64,000 nt of DNA from Candidatus Heimdallarchaeota archaeon (GCA_030603365.1 JAUVXV010000008.1:32001-96000), one strand, 5' to 3'; counted from the stretch's first letter, positions 48,746 through 59,574 are shown. The notes: a model not told the origin generated them from the letters alone. Translations and numbers: made by a program.

Positions 48746-49900
48746 ATGGCAGTTCAAAATAAGATAGATAAAGCCATTGATGATATCTCAAAAAGAATCA
48801 AAACCTATAATGATCATCGAAAACTCTTTCAAGATCTCTTTCGTGAAGTTAAAGATTCACTTAACCCTTCTGAATTTCCCCCAGCATTTGGAATTCAAAC
48901 CTCCGACACTTTGTTTACCATGAAAGTTCCTGAAACAAACATAGAAGGTTTGAAGTTTGCAGGAGTGGATGGAGGAGTTATTCACCGATCTTTAAACTAC
49001 TTCGATATAGCATTGATAAGAGCTGTAGGTGTGCTTTTCTTTCATAGAAAGGAGACAACACCTATCGTTAAGTATTTTCCAGAAGAACAACCTTTTCCTG
49101 ATATTCTAACAAGTATAGAACCTTTATCTCAAAATGAAATTGATAATTTGATTTCTATTTGGAGGATGCAAAAAGAAATCCGATGTGGTATTTCACTAGT
49201 CGAAAAAGATCATCCTGATGTTATTATGTTAGATGGTTCTGTCCTTCCAGTAATTGATTTTAGGCAGGTTAATCAAAGTGAATTTTTACTAAATCAATAC
49301 AAAAAACTTAAAGCTCTATACAGGAGATTATATACGCTTTGTCAGAAGAATAGGACTGCTCTATGTGGAATCGTAAAAGATTCTCGATCTGCAGTTTTAA
49401 CAAGTAAGTTGTCAGGTTTACTTCCACACTTAAGTAAGGTTCCTGAATTTCAGAAGCTGTTAAATATAGACTATAGACCCATAATCAGACAGCTTAGAGA
49501 TACTGATTTACTATATCATGTTTTAGATGTAAATGAGAGAACATTTGAGTTCTTCTTATCAAATTTCAATGATGAATCTGAGAAAGACTTACCAGATTTC
49601 AAGATCCACTGTTTTTATTTGAAAACTGCTGAATTTGATACTCCATTAAGAGTTGAATATCCTCTGTTATTTTCCAGTCAGCATGATCATGCTCAAACTA
49701 TCTCATCGCTTGTAAATGCAGTATCTAAATTTAATCCAGAATATGGGCTACCAAATGTGATTATAGAAGCAGATGCAAGAGCTAGACTGCAAGAAACAGA
49801 TGCAGATATCTTAGTAGATGAAATTGCTGCAAAAATAGGATATACTGGTTTTTCTCTACAAAAAAGAAGAAATAGAAGTCCCTTTCTTTCAGGTGGTTAA
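48746..49900 (+). CDS. nurA: NurA nuclease
   Basis: GVDGG, MLDGS, GIVKD, LRVE, YGLP...EAD; coupled to herA. Confidence 0.88.
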   Translation: MAVQNKIDKAIDDISKRIKTYNDHRKLFQDLFREVKDSLNPSEFPPAFGIQTSDTLFTMKVPETNIEGLKFAGVDGGVIHRSLNYFDIALIRAVGVLFFHRKETTPIVKYFPEEQPFPDILTSIEPLSQNEIDNLISIWRMQKEIRCGISLVEKDHPDVIMLDGSVLPVIDFRQVNQSEFLLNQYKKLKALYRRLYTLCQKNRTALCGIVKDSRSAVLTSKLSGLLPHLSKVPEFQKLLNIDYRPIIRQLRDTDLLYHVLDVNERTFEFFLSNFNDESEKDLPDFKIHCFYLKTAEFDTPLRVEYPLLFSSQHDHAQTISSLVNAVSKFNPEYGLPNVIIEADARARLQETDADILVDEIAAKIGYTGFSLQKRRNRSPFLSGG

Positions 49901-49901
49901 T

Positions 49902-51395
49902 ATGGCAAAAAAAAGTATAGGTACAATTATAGTAAGTGAAGATAATACTCCTAATCCCACTGAATTTAGTTTTGTTTTAACAAAACCAGAGGAGGAATTT
50001 AGGCTTAACAAGGGAATGTATATAGTTGTTCCTACAGACCAAGGAGAGGTAATTGGTACAATTTCTGAACTCTTTAAAACAAATAGATATTTCTCTTCTC
50101 CATCAGCTGTAAGAGCATATGAAACCAGTGGTAAAACCTTAGCTTCGATATTTCCTTCAGACAGATGGGAACACATCATTGCTAAAGCCAAAACACTCGG
50201 AATAATAACAGAAATAGGGATACAGAGATTGTTGTTTCCAGTTTCTCCTGGTGATACTGTTTTTACTCCTGAGAAAAACACCTTAGTGAATTTTCTGGGA
50301 TTAGAAAAAACAAATGGATTAAACATAGGTAAAATTGAACAACATGATCTTGATGTTCATCTTAATCTTACCAGATTATTACAAAAACACGCAGCTATAT
50401 TAGCAATATCTGGAGCAGGAAAATCATATACTGTTTCAGTCCTACTAGAAGAATTATTATCCAGAAAAGCTGAACAAGGTAGAGTTGCAGTCGTTCTTTT
50501 TGATGTTCATGGAGAATATATTGGTTTTGGGGATGGAAAATCTCCATTCTCTAAAGTTGTAAATGTCTTTCCTGGTGCACTAGTTCAATTTGCAACACCA
50601 GCCATTACACCAAGACAATTTGCAGTCTATGAGCCACAAATTACTCCAGCACAATCACGTGAACTGTATCGGACAACTTCAAAATTTTACAAAGAGAAAA
50701 TAAAACAAGGAGAGAGCTATGATATTGCTGATATTATCGCTGAATTAGAAAAGGATGAGCAAATCAATCAGAGAAGTAAGGAAGCCTTAGTAGGATGGTT
50801 GTACAATCTAGAAAGCACAAGATTGTTTGGATCAGCTGAAAATCCTTCATTACAAGAAATCATCCAACCAGGGAAAATAGTAATTTTTGATCTGAGTGAT
50901 TTTACTAGTATTAAACTCAAACAAATGATAGTATATTACATACTCACTAGAATTTTTAATATGAGAAAGAAGTCAGAAATTCCCCCTACTACAATAATTC
51001 TTGAGGAATCTCATCAATTCGCACCTGAAGCAAGACAAGAGTTAGCAATCTCAAAATCCATTGTTGAAACAATCGCTAGAGAGGGCAGAAAATTCTTTAC
51101 TTCATTAGTTCTGGTTAGTCAAAGACCAGTTAAGCTTTCTACTACAGCATTAAGCCAGTGTAACACACATATTATCATGAAAGTTCTCAATCCTTATGAT
51201 TTAGATTTCATCGGTCGTTCTTCTGAAGGAATAGATAGAGCTACATTAAATTCAATTACAACGCTTGGTGTTGGAGAAGCTATTATTGTTGGTAATGCAG
51301 TTAATCATCCTATATTTGTGAAAGTTAGAAAGAGAAAAATAAAAACTTTGGAAACTCAAACATTAGAAGAATCTGCAATAAACTATGAAACATAG
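49902..51395 (+). CDS. herA: HerA helicase/translocase
   Basis: HAS-barrel N-terminus, HAAILAISGAGKSY, FDVHGEY, EESHQFAP, AREGRKF, SQRP. Confidence 0.92.
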   Translation: MAKKSIGTIIVSEDNTPNPTEFSFVLTKPEEEFRLNKGMYIVVPTDQGEVIGTISELFKTNRYFSSPSAVRAYETSGKTLASIFPSDRWEHIIAKAKTLGIITEIGIQRLLFPVSPGDTVFTPEKNTLVNFLGLEKTNGLNIGKIEQHDLDVHLNLTRLLQKHAAILAISGAGKSYTVSVLLEELLSRKAEQGRVAVVLFDVHGEYIGFGDGKSPFSKVVNVFPGALVQFATPAITPRQFAVYEPQITPAQSRELYRTTSKFYKEKIKQGESYDIADIIAELEKDEQINQRSKEALVGWLYNLESTRLFGSAENPSLQEIIQPGKIVIFDLSDFTSIKLKQMIVYYILTRIFNMRKKSEIPPTTIILEESHQFAPEARQELAISKSIVETIAREGRKFFTSLVLVSQRPVKLSTTALSQCNTHIIMKVLNPYDLDFIGRSSEGIDRATLNSITTLGVGEAIIVGNAVNHPIFVKVRKRKIKTLETQTLEESAINYET

Positions 51396-51484
51396 GACAA
51401 TACGTTGAAAGGTAATTAGTCATCACAAGCTTTTTAAATTACTTTCCTTCAGTCCGATTATAATACTAAAAGTTTGTGAATAAC

Positions 51485-51718
51485 ATGAGTAGCATTCCCA
51501 TTAACACTCTAAGAAAAGTAATTGGTCAGTATATAATCATTCGACTTAAAGATAATGTAAAGTATAAAGGAAAACTAGTAAGTTTTGATCAGTATATGAA
51601 TTGTCACCTTAGTGACGCAATAGAGATAATTGCAGGTGAAGAAGTCTCCAGATATGGGAATATCTTCGTTAGAGGAAATAATATTCTTCTAGTTCAATTA
51701 GCAGTAGATGAGCTCTAG
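51485..51718 (+). CDS. Sm/Lsm RNA-binding protein
   Basis: Sm1 YKGKLVSFDQYMNCHL and Sm2 YGNIFVRGNNI. Confidence 0.92.
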   Translation: MSSIPINTLRKVIGQYIIIRLKDNVKYKGKLVSFDQYMNCHLSDAIEIIAGEEVSRYGNIFVRGNNILLVQLAVDEL

Positions 51719-51719
51719 A

Positions 51720-53849
51720 TTATTCATCAATTTCTTCATCTTTTTTTTGTGAAGGCAAGGTTTTCTTCCTTTCACGAGTTACTTTATTATCATAATCTGA
51801 GAGTTCCTTTTCTCTTTCCCTTCTATATTCAACAATTAAACTATCCAAAAAAGTTTCTTTCTTTTCAGTGATTATGGTGTCTATTTCTTCTTGAGCAACT
51901 TCAATGAGTTTGGTCATATCGCTTTCTTTTATGACAGCAATCTCATCAATTCTGATAATTTCTACGTCCCCAGAATTAACTAATGAGAGTTGAGATTCAA
52001 TCAGCTGTTTTTTTGCATTGTATGAGAATTGATCAATATTACCGATTATAGCTTTAATCCTATATGAAAGAAGTTTAGCTGCTGTTTGAGCTCCTCCTCC
52101 AGTTGTATCCAAAATATACACAATATCTCCTGGACCCAAAGTATAATTATCAGCTGTTCGTTCGATTTCCTCTTGAGTGAACTTTCTTATAACTTTGAGA
52201 GGAAACCATCCTCTACCACCGCGTAACCAGGCAACACGTTTCAGCTCATCTATTCTATCAGCTGACCGTTCGATTTCCATTTCTAAATGTTCAATTTGTT
52301 CTTTAAGATGTGAAATCTGATTCTGTTGAATTATGTATGCTTTTTCTCGCTGAATTTGTTCTACGTATTCAGTTCTACCCTCATCTAATCTAAATTGCAT
52401 ACTTTCTGTTTTTTCTTCCAAATTCTTAACTTCAATATAGAGTTCAGTATTTTTGCCTCTTTCCCAGTCTAATTGGTCTCTAATATCATTAATTTGTTTC
52501 TGTAATTGTTCAACGTCTGGAGAAGATATTTTTTCTGCAACCTTTGCTTTCACAATTTTTTTCTCGGGTTGTTTTTCATCAGCTAATGATTGATCTATAA
52601 CTTGAACTGCTTCGATTATTGATTTTCCTTTTACGATATTATCCTTAATTTCATCTCGTAAAGCTTTATCATATATGTCTCGATATTTTCTCTCAATGTT
52701 ATCAAATTCAGATTTAAACTTATTATAGCCTTTATAAGCAGAAGCTAAGGAATCTCGCTGATGAGCATTTCTAATAACAACACCGAGTTGCATTGCTAAT
52801 TTCCTCGCAATCTCATTCTTTTCGGAAACAGTCATCACACTTCTGGGGGTATATAATCGTGCATTCAGTGCTGAAGCAATTTTTTCCACATATCCTGGAT
52901 AAGGGTATACATCAACACAAACGAGAGATGGTTTTCCATATTGAGTGATTTCTCTTATAACTTGACCTCTACTAGCTTCTCTAATACTTTTAATTTTCAG
53001 TATTCTACCATTTAGATCCATAATTGAGAGACCTACTGTTAAACCTGGATCTATGCCAACAATAAGTCTTCTAAGTGATGATTTTAGTTTAACTTGTTGT
53101 GATAGCGGAATGAATTCTACTCTTTCTTTATTTACAGGAAAAATTTGTACTTGACAAAGTTCACCTCTTTGTTTTTTTATTATTTTCGTAATTTTTGCAA
53201 TAGAAGAATATACACTAAAAACCACTTTTTGTGCACCGAATTTACTCCTTGAAACTCTTTTATCAAAATCAAAATGTTGTTCAATTAATAAGTTTTCAAT
53301 CTTTTTCGCTTCTTGATTTACAGCTGTATCCATGGATCGTCCATATCTTTTTTGCGACCAACCACCTGGTCCTTTTGATCTTGATCTAGAAACAACAATT
53401 TTGGTTTCATCCTCAAAAGGTTCTATGATATACCCAAGTTTTCTACTGGAAAGAATTGCACATGCTTCTGCCGCTGCAAGTGGAGATAATTTACCTGATA
53501 CATCCAAACCATTCTGTTTCATTAATCTTGAAAGAGAAGTAAATCCATGAATAGGTGACCCTGTGACTTGAATGAGTTTAGTTGTTGGTAATAATTGGAG
53601 ACATAGATGAGGAATCTGCGAGGGACTTTTCACTAATTCATAGATATTATCACTGGCAATATACATTGCTTGAGAGCTCTTTACAATAGCTATTAATTTC
53701 TGAAGATTCACTTTATCGAATTTCTGGATAACATTCTTGTTGGTTCCATCATAAACACAAACAGCATAATGAGCTCCTCTTGCTGCTGATGTACTAGGAA
53801 GTATATCAACTCCAACAGAAATTATATCTGATTCCGATATTATTATCAC
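51720..53849 (-). CDS. DUF460 protein (RNase H-like domain plus coiled coil)
   Basis: GVDI, LIQVTG, GPGGWSQKRY, IVGIDPG, HQRDSLASA, long heptad region. Confidence 0.88.
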   Translation of the reverse strand: MIIISESDIISVGVDILPSTSAARGAHYAVCVYDGTNKNVIQKFDKVNLQKLIAIVKSSQAMYIASDNIYELVKSPSQIPHLCLQLLPTTKLIQVTGSPIHGFTSLSRLMKQNGLDVSGKLSPLAAAEACAILSSRKLGYIIEPFEDETKIVVSRSRSKGPGGWSQKRYGRSMDTAVNQEAKKIENLLIEQHFDFDKRVSRSKFGAQKVVFSVYSSIAKITKIIKKQRGELCQVQIFPVNKERVEFIPLSQQVKLKSSLRRLIVGIDPGLTVGLSIMDLNGRILKIKSIREASRGQVIREITQYGKPSLVCVDVYPYPGYVEKIASALNARLYTPRSVMTVSEKNEIARKLAMQLGVVIRNAHQRDSLASAYKGYNKFKSEFDNIERKYRDIYDKALRDEIKDNIVKGKSIIEAVQVIDQSLADEKQPEKKIVKAKVAEKISSPDVEQLQKQINDIRDQLDWERGKNTELYIEVKNLEEKTESMQFRLDEGRTEYVEQIQREKAYIIQQNQISHLKEQIEHLEMEIERSADRIDELKRVAWLRGGRGWFPLKVIRKFTQEEIERTADNYTLGPGDIVYILDTTGGGAQTAAKLLSYRIKAIIGNIDQFSYNAKKQLIESQLSLVNSGDVEIIRIDEIAVIKESDMTKLIEVAQEEIDTIITEKKETFLDSLIVEYRREREKELSDYDNKVTRERKKTLPSQKKDEEIDE

Positions 53850-54748
53850 CTCTTTTTCTTACCAATAATGTATTCTATCACAGTTTCAGAATCATCTGTA
53901 CTAACTCCCCATTTCTTACCAAAATAGTCTAAGAAATGGTCAAAATCCCGTCTCAAGAAGTTGTCTGCTTCTGGATGATCTATCTCAACAGCTTGAGGAA
54001 AATCAATTATTATGACCTGTTCATTTCTTTCATCAAACATTATATTGTACTCTGTTAGATCTGCGTGAACTAAGTTGTATTTCTGATAAAGCGTTTTAGC
54101 AAACTCAATTATCTTTTCGAGAACTTTGATTGGTTTTTTTATTTTTCTCACATTAATTAATTCAATACCTTCGATTACATTCATAGCTATGATGTGACGA
54201 TTATGGCCTTTCACATCTGGAATTGGTAAATTCTCATTCTGGAGTTTCTTTAGGATTGTAAATTCTCTCTTTGCTGATGAAGCAGCTGTTGAGAATATGG
54301 AATAATGAAATCTTCCTTCCAAAAAATTTCTTTTTCGTTTAATTTGATGAAAACTTGCTCTACCTGTTCTATTTATTTTGAGCATAATTTCATTATTATC
54401 GAAATCTATTGCATGATAAATGTCACTTTCTTTTCCTACTCCCCTAGAATTGCCAACGCCGTATACTATCTTCTTATTGTAAAGAGTGTTTAAAGCTAGT
54501 GCATCAAATCCAGATAAGGTTAAAGAATAACCTATGAAATAACCTGACCACCTTCGTATTAGTTTTAGTTTATTCAATTTTGATAAAATTAAATCTACAT
54601 CTTTAGCTCTATAACCAGAAAAAGTGACTATTTTGTCAACAGGAGCATATTCACCTTTACGTAAAAGAGTTTCAACCATATTCAATACTCTGAAGTCCAT
54701 ATTTGATAGTTCTTTGAGAACTCTCGCTCCGCGTAAGGTTATAGGCAT
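53846..54748 (-). CDS. rio2: RIO2 atypical Ser/Thr kinase
   Basis: N-terminal wHTH (DFRVL, GY.LT..GFDALAL), GVGKESDIY, HADLTEYNI, IIDFPQ; start moved to ATG 54748. Confidence 0.9.
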   Translation of the reverse strand: MPITLRGARVLKELSNMDFRVLNMVETLLRKGEYAPVDKIVTFSGYRAKDVDLILSKLNKLKLIRRWSGYFIGYSLTLSGFDALALNTLYNKKIVYGVGNSRGVGKESDIYHAIDFDNNEIMLKINRTGRASFHQIKRKRNFLEGRFHYSIFSTAASSAKREFTILKKLQNENLPIPDVKGHNRHIIAMNVIEGIELINVRKIKKPIKVLEKIIEFAKTLYQKYNLVHADLTEYNIMFDERNEQVIIIDFPQAVEIDHPEADNFLRRDFDHFLDYFGKKWGVSTDDSETVIEYIIGKKKR

Positions 54749-54802
54749 CAATATGTTGTAAGAGTAGGACTTAAAATTCTTTTCTTTCATAATGTTATTT
54801 AG

Positions 54803-55348
54803 ATGAATACCAAAAAGTTCGAGGTAGCACGAAGGTACAATGAAACAGCTGATGCTTATGACAAACGATATACAAAAATTCAACATACAAAATTTAGAGA
54901 AGTTTTACCTGAGCTTGATTTTCAAAAACATGAAATAATTGTAGACATTGGAGGAGGGACTGGACTCCTAATTGATTTTTTAAAGGATATTGAACAAAAC
55001 ATAATTGTATGTGATCTCTCTTATGAGATGCTGAAGATAGGAAAGAATAAACATAAGCGATGTCATTTTATTTGTGCTGATAGTGAATCACTTCCTTTAA
55101 GGCAATCATGTTCTCAAAAAACGTTTTACTTCTCTGTATTGCAGAATCTAGAAGAATCAGATCAGACATTAAGAGAAGGTTTCAGAATTCTACAAAATAA
55201 TGGATACATTGTAGTAACTGCATTAACAAAAATCTTTGAAGAAGAAAAATTAAAGCAAATTCTAGAAAAGATTGAATTTAAAATCAAAAAAATATGGGTT
55301 CTCTCAATAGAGGATATAGCCGTTTTAGCGAAAAAAAAGAAGAAATAA
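54803..55348 (+). CDS. Class I SAM-dependent methyltransferase
   Basis: VDIGGGTG, DLSYEML, ADSESLP. Confidence 0.88.
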   Translation: MNTKKFEVARRYNETADAYDKRYTKIQHTKFREVLPELDFQKHEIIVDIGGGTGLLIDFLKDIEQNIIVCDLSYEMLKIGKNKHKRCHFICADSESLPLRQSCSQKTFYFSVLQNLEESDQTLREGFRILQNNGYIVVTALTKIFEEEKLKQILEKIEFKIKKIWVLSIEDIAVLAKKKKK

Positions 55349-55351
55349 AAA

Positions 55352-55633
55352 CTAAAGAATGGTAAGAATAATCTTATTTACTTTAGTCTTACAGACTTTT
55401 CTTACTCCATGAGCCCCAGGTTCATATCTTGATTCAAGTACTCCAGCTCTTTCCAGATATTTAATCTGAGCAGAAGTATTTGCTTCTGTTTGTTTCATTC
55501 TCTTAGCTATACTTGAAATGTCCATTTCTTTATCAAGCAGCAATTTCACGATATTAAACCTTGTAGGAGAAGATAAGGCTTTTGCTAGTGCAATTATTTG
55601 CTTCTCATCGCTTAGTTCTAGTGTTTCAGTCAA
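55352..55633 (-). CDS. ArsR-family HTH regulator
   Basis: KALSSPTRFNIVKLL...S.QIKYLERAG. Confidence 0.85.
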   Translation of the reverse strand: MTETLELSDEKQIIALAKALSSPTRFNIVKLLLDKEMDISSIAKRMKQTEANTSAQIKYLERAGVLESRYEPGAHGVRKVCKTKVNKIILTIL

Positions 55634-55890
55634 TTCAAAACCACCCCATAAATTCAGATTATATTAAAATATCAATTATTTAAATATACTGCTCGGTAAA
55701 CAAAAAAATGAGTAAAAGATTTATAAACCATAAAGGTGTAGGTTATTAATTTTTGATTTAATTTACTATTGCTTATTAATTCAAGTAGTTGTTTTAGCAA
55801 CTGTATAAGAATCTTCCACATTAATAGTTAAATCTAAATACTGATTAAAGTGAATATTACCATACTCTAAGCAAGTAGGATGGAAATCTC

Positions 55891-57003
55891 ATGAGTCTCA
55901 CTATTGATGAAAAAATCACCAAAATTGAAGATGAGATTAGGGAAACCCCTAAAAATAAAGCTACAGAGAAGCATATTGGGGTTTTGAAATCTAAACTTGC
56001 TAAATGGAGAAGGAAAAAACTTGACCAACAGCTTTCATCAAAATCAGGGACAAGTTATGGATTTGATGTTAAAAAGGCTGGTGATGGCTCAGCTGTTCTC
56101 ATAGGTTTCCCCTCAACAGGTAAGTCTACTTTGTTGTCCAATATTACAAGCAAAATATCAAAAATAGGTGCCTACGATTTTACAACTACTACTGCCATTC
56201 CAGGCATAATGGAGCACCGAGGTACTCAAGTACAATTAATAGATCTTCCAGGTATAATTGAGGATGCTAGTAAGGGTAAAGGTAGAGGCAAAGAAATTTT
56301 AGCAGTTGCACGTAGTATAGATTTAATTGTTCTCCTTCTTGAATATAAGTATGCTGAAGAGATTTATTCGAAAATACTTAATGAATTGAGTAAAGTAGCA
56401 ATTCGTCCAGGTCAAACTAAACCTGATATTAAAATTACAAAGAAAGAGAGAGGAGGTATAGCCCTCTCAACTATATCAAAATTAAAACAGATGTCTGAAC
56501 AAACTTTCGTAAATATACTTAGAGAATACAAGGTCATGAATGCTGCAGTTACAGTAAGATGTGATCCTACTATGGATGAATTAATTGACGTACTTGAAGG
56601 AAACAGAGTTTATCCAAAACTTCTAATTGTAATAAATAAAATCGATTTAATTTCTGCTAGACAAATTACACGGTTGAGGAGAAAATTCCCAAATGCAGTT
56701 TTTATTAGTGCTCTCAAGGAAGAAAATCTCGATTTGCTAAAAGACACAATAATTGATGAATTGGAACTTATTCAAGTATATTTAAAGAAACAGAGAGCAA
56801 AGACTGATTATGAAGAACCTTTGATAATCACAAGTGGTTCTACAATTAAGGATGTTTGTAACAAAATCCATAGAAAATTTAAGAAACAATTTCGTTATGC
56901 AGTGGTTTCAGGACCTAGCTCTAAGCATCCAAATCAGAGAGTTGGATTAGATCACACTATCCAAGAAGGCGATGTAATCACAATTATTGTTAAACAATTT
57001 TAA
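55891..57003 (+). CDS. DRG/Rbg1-type OBG-family GTPase with TGS domain
   Basis: KNKATEKHIG.LK, GFPSTGKSTL, YDFTT, DLPGIIE, NKID, QRVGLDH. Confidence 0.93.
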   Translation: MSLTIDEKITKIEDEIRETPKNKATEKHIGVLKSKLAKWRRKKLDQQLSSKSGTSYGFDVKKAGDGSAVLIGFPSTGKSTLLSNITSKISKIGAYDFTTTTAIPGIMEHRGTQVQLIDLPGIIEDASKGKGRGKEILAVARSIDLIVLLLEYKYAEEIYSKILNELSKVAIRPGQTKPDIKITKKERGGIALSTISKLKQMSEQTFVNILREYKVMNAAVTVRCDPTMDELIDVLEGNRVYPKLLIVINKIDLISARQITRLRRKFPNAVFISALKEENLDLLKDTIIDELELIQVYLKKQRAKTDYEEPLIITSGSTIKDVCNKIHRKFKKQFRYAVVSGPSSKHPNQRVGLDHTIQEGDVITIIVKQF

Positions 57004-57015
57004 TTTAAGATATTC

Positions 57016-58575
57016 TTATTTTTGATAAGCTATTTTTCCACCGACTATTGTGTAGTTTATGTCCACATCATGAAATCTTTCAACATCAAGTTCATCTAAA
57101 TTGTGACTGAGTATAACAATATCTGCAAGTTTTCCTTCTTCTATTGATCCTTTTAATCTCTCTTCCCCTGAGACTTTTGCAGGATAAAGAGTATAACATC
57201 TAATAGCTTCTTCGAGCGTTAATCTTAATTTCTTATTTGGATGAAATAATGCTCCTTTCATACCATATAGGGGGCCTAATGGCATTCCATCGCTTCCAAA
57301 AACAATCAGTTGATCATTATCTTGAACCCATCGGAAAGGATTATTGATCATTGTTCGTTCTGTTCCTATTCTTTGCTCATACATCCCATTAACGCCAACC
57401 ATTCCCCATCTCCAAACAAAGTTAGGTTGCATTGAATAAACTAAGCCGTATTCCTTGGATCGTTCTATATCTTCCAATAATAGAAGTTCTGCATGTTCTA
57501 TTCGGTGGAGAGCTTGTCTGCATTCTTCTGGTTTAATATTTTTCATAATTGCTGTTATCAGATTTGATATTGCTTTATCGCCTATTGCATGTGCTGCGAT
57601 TTGAATATTAGCCTTATGCACTTTACTAACCATCTCATCTAATCTTTGCTCATCATAAAGAGCAAATCCTTTTTCACCCTCTAAATCAGAATAATCATCA
57701 AAAAGATAAGCTGTTCTAGAGCTGATAGCTCCATCAGTCATCAGTTTGCATGCGCCTATCCTAAACCATTTATCTCCAAAATCTCTTTGTAATCGTAATT
57801 TTATTGCTTCATCAATCATATCTTCGTAAATAATTCCGTAAATTCTGATCAATAATTCTTTTTTGTCAGAGAGATATTTGTAGGCTGGAAGATTCTCAAA
57901 TGTGATATTATCATGAACAGATGTTATCCCTAAACTTAAACACTCATCCATTCCGAACTTCAATCCTTTTATAAAATCATCAAATTTGGGTCTAATTTCT
58001 GTTTTACCTGAAAGTTCTACATCTCTCAAAGTACCTGTTGGGTTTCCCTGTTCATCAACGTCTACTCCCTTTTGATTAATGTCAAGAGCTAAACGTTGAA
58101 AACCAAGAGTATTTACGGTTTCAAAGTGACCCGAAACATGTCGAAGAATCACCGGATTTTCAGGGCTTACTGGGTCTAAATCTTCAGCTGTAATGTAACG
58201 CTGTTCTGACCAATTGCTTTGATCCCATGACCTTCCAATAATCCACTCACCAGTCTCTTTTTTTTCTACCTCTTGCTGAACAAGATCTATTGCTTCTTGT
58301 AAGCTTTTAGTAGATCCTAAATCCAAGTAAATTTTATTCATTCCATTCCAGGCAATATGTGTATGAGCATCTATAAACCCTGGAATAACAGTTTCATAAT
58401 TCAGATTGATAACCTTAGTTTCTGGACCAATTAGTGTTTCAATTTCTTCATTGCTACCAACTTTTAAAATGGTATCTTGATAAACTGCTATTGCTTCAGC
58501 TCTAGGTTGCTTTTCATTTATTGTCCATACATTTGCTTTTTGAATAATAAAATCTGCAAACAGCTGTTTCGACAT
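57016..58575 (-). CDS. YtcJ-like metal-dependent amidohydrolase
   Basis: PGFIDAHTH, K.MTDG, HAIGD, RIEHAE, GSD, GKLADIV. Confidence 0.92.
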   Translation of the reverse strand: MSKQLFADFIIQKANVWTINEKQPRAEAIAVYQDTILKVGSNEEIETLIGPETKVINLNYETVIPGFIDAHTHIAWNGMNKIYLDLGSTKSLQEAIDLVQQEVEKKETGEWIIGRSWDQSNWSEQRYITAEDLDPVSPENPVILRHVSGHFETVNTLGFQRLALDINQKGVDVDEQGNPTGTLRDVELSGKTEIRPKFDDFIKGLKFGMDECLSLGITSVHDNITFENLPAYKYLSDKKELLIRIYGIIYEDMIDEAIKLRLQRDFGDKWFRIGACKLMTDGAISSRTAYLFDDYSDLEGEKGFALYDEQRLDEMVSKVHKANIQIAAHAIGDKAISNLITAIMKNIKPEECRQALHRIEHAELLLLEDIERSKEYGLVYSMQPNFVWRWGMVGVNGMYEQRIGTERTMINNPFRWVQDNDQLIVFGSDGMPLGPLYGMKGALFHPNKKLRLTLEEAIRCYTLYPAKVSGEERLKGSIEEGKLADIVILSHNLDELDVERFHDVDINYTIVGGKIAYQK

Positions 58576-58677
58576 AAATGCACATATTTCATTGCAGTTT
58601 TAAATTCTACTGTCTAGTGAAAGGTAAAATAGAAAGAAAATAATATATATTGACTATTTCCTTTCATCAAGGGAACA

Positions 58678-59574
58678 ATGACAAAAATTGCTATCATATC
58701 TACCGATAATAGATTTGAAGGAACTGTTCAAGCAATTGACCTTCTTGGAATTAATCCAGTAGAAGGAAAAGAAGTTATTCTAAAACCAAATTTCAATACA
58801 GCTGATCCACCACCTGCTTCCTCATCTGTTGAAACACTAAAATCATTAATTATCAAATTAAAACAAATGGGTGCCAAGTCTATCACTTTAGCTGAGAGAA
58901 GTGGCCCTACTGATACACGTAAGTGTTTTGAACAGAAAGGTATGTTTGAACTTGCAAAGGAATTAGAATTTGAGCTCGTGAACCTAGCAGAACTACCAGT
59001 AGAAGAATTCGTTCTTTTAACTCCTGAAAATAGTTATTGGAATGAAGGGTTTCTATTTCCTAAAATATATCACAATGCTGAATGCATAGTTGAAACTTGT
59101 TGCCTCAAAACACATCAATTTGGTGGTCATTTCACAATGGCACTCAAGAATGCCACAGGTTTGGTACCAAAAAGAAATCTTAATGGTACTGCATATATGC
59201 AAGTTTTGCATAATTCTGAAAACCCAAGAAAGATGATAGCAGATATTAATAGTGTTTTTTCTCCTGATTTGATTGTTCTAGATGGAGTCTCTGCATTTGT
59301 TGATGGAGGTCCAGCTAGAGGAACACAAAAGGAACCTAATATTATGATGGCTGGAACAGATAGAATCGCGATAGATGCAGTTGGTGTAGCTATTTTGAGA
59401 ATGCTAGGAACAACTCCTGAGGTTAGTGAAGGTAAGATATTCGAGCAAGAACAAATAGCCCGAGCAGTTGAACTAGGTATAGGTGTAAGTTCAGCCAAGG
59501 AAATAGAAATATTAACTAATAGTGATCAAGCTAACAATATGGCTGAAAAAATCTATGAACAGCTACTCAAATAG
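58678..59574 (+). CDS. DUF362 domain protein
   Basis: LKPNFN, LKTH, TMALKN..G, DLIVLDG, DRIAIDA. Confidence 0.88.
   Translation: MTKIAIISTDNRFEGTVQAIDLLGINPVEGKEVILKPNFNTADPPPASSSVETLKSLIIKLKQMGAKSITLAERSGPTDTRKCFEQKGMFELAKELEFELVNLAELPVEEFVLLTPENSYWNEGFLFPKIYHNAECIVETCCLKTHQFGGHFTMALKNATGLVPKRNLNGTAYMQVLHNSENPRKMIADINSVFSPDLIVLDGVSAFVDGGPARGTQKEPNIMMAGTDRIAIDAVGVAILRMLGTTPEVSEGKIFEQEQIARAVELGIGVSSAKEIEILTNSDQANNMAEKIYEQLLK

Noticed and set aside
54749-54886. Long N-terminal extension of RIO2
   Set aside because: Overlaps the divergent methyltransferase gene; homology begins near ATG 54748.
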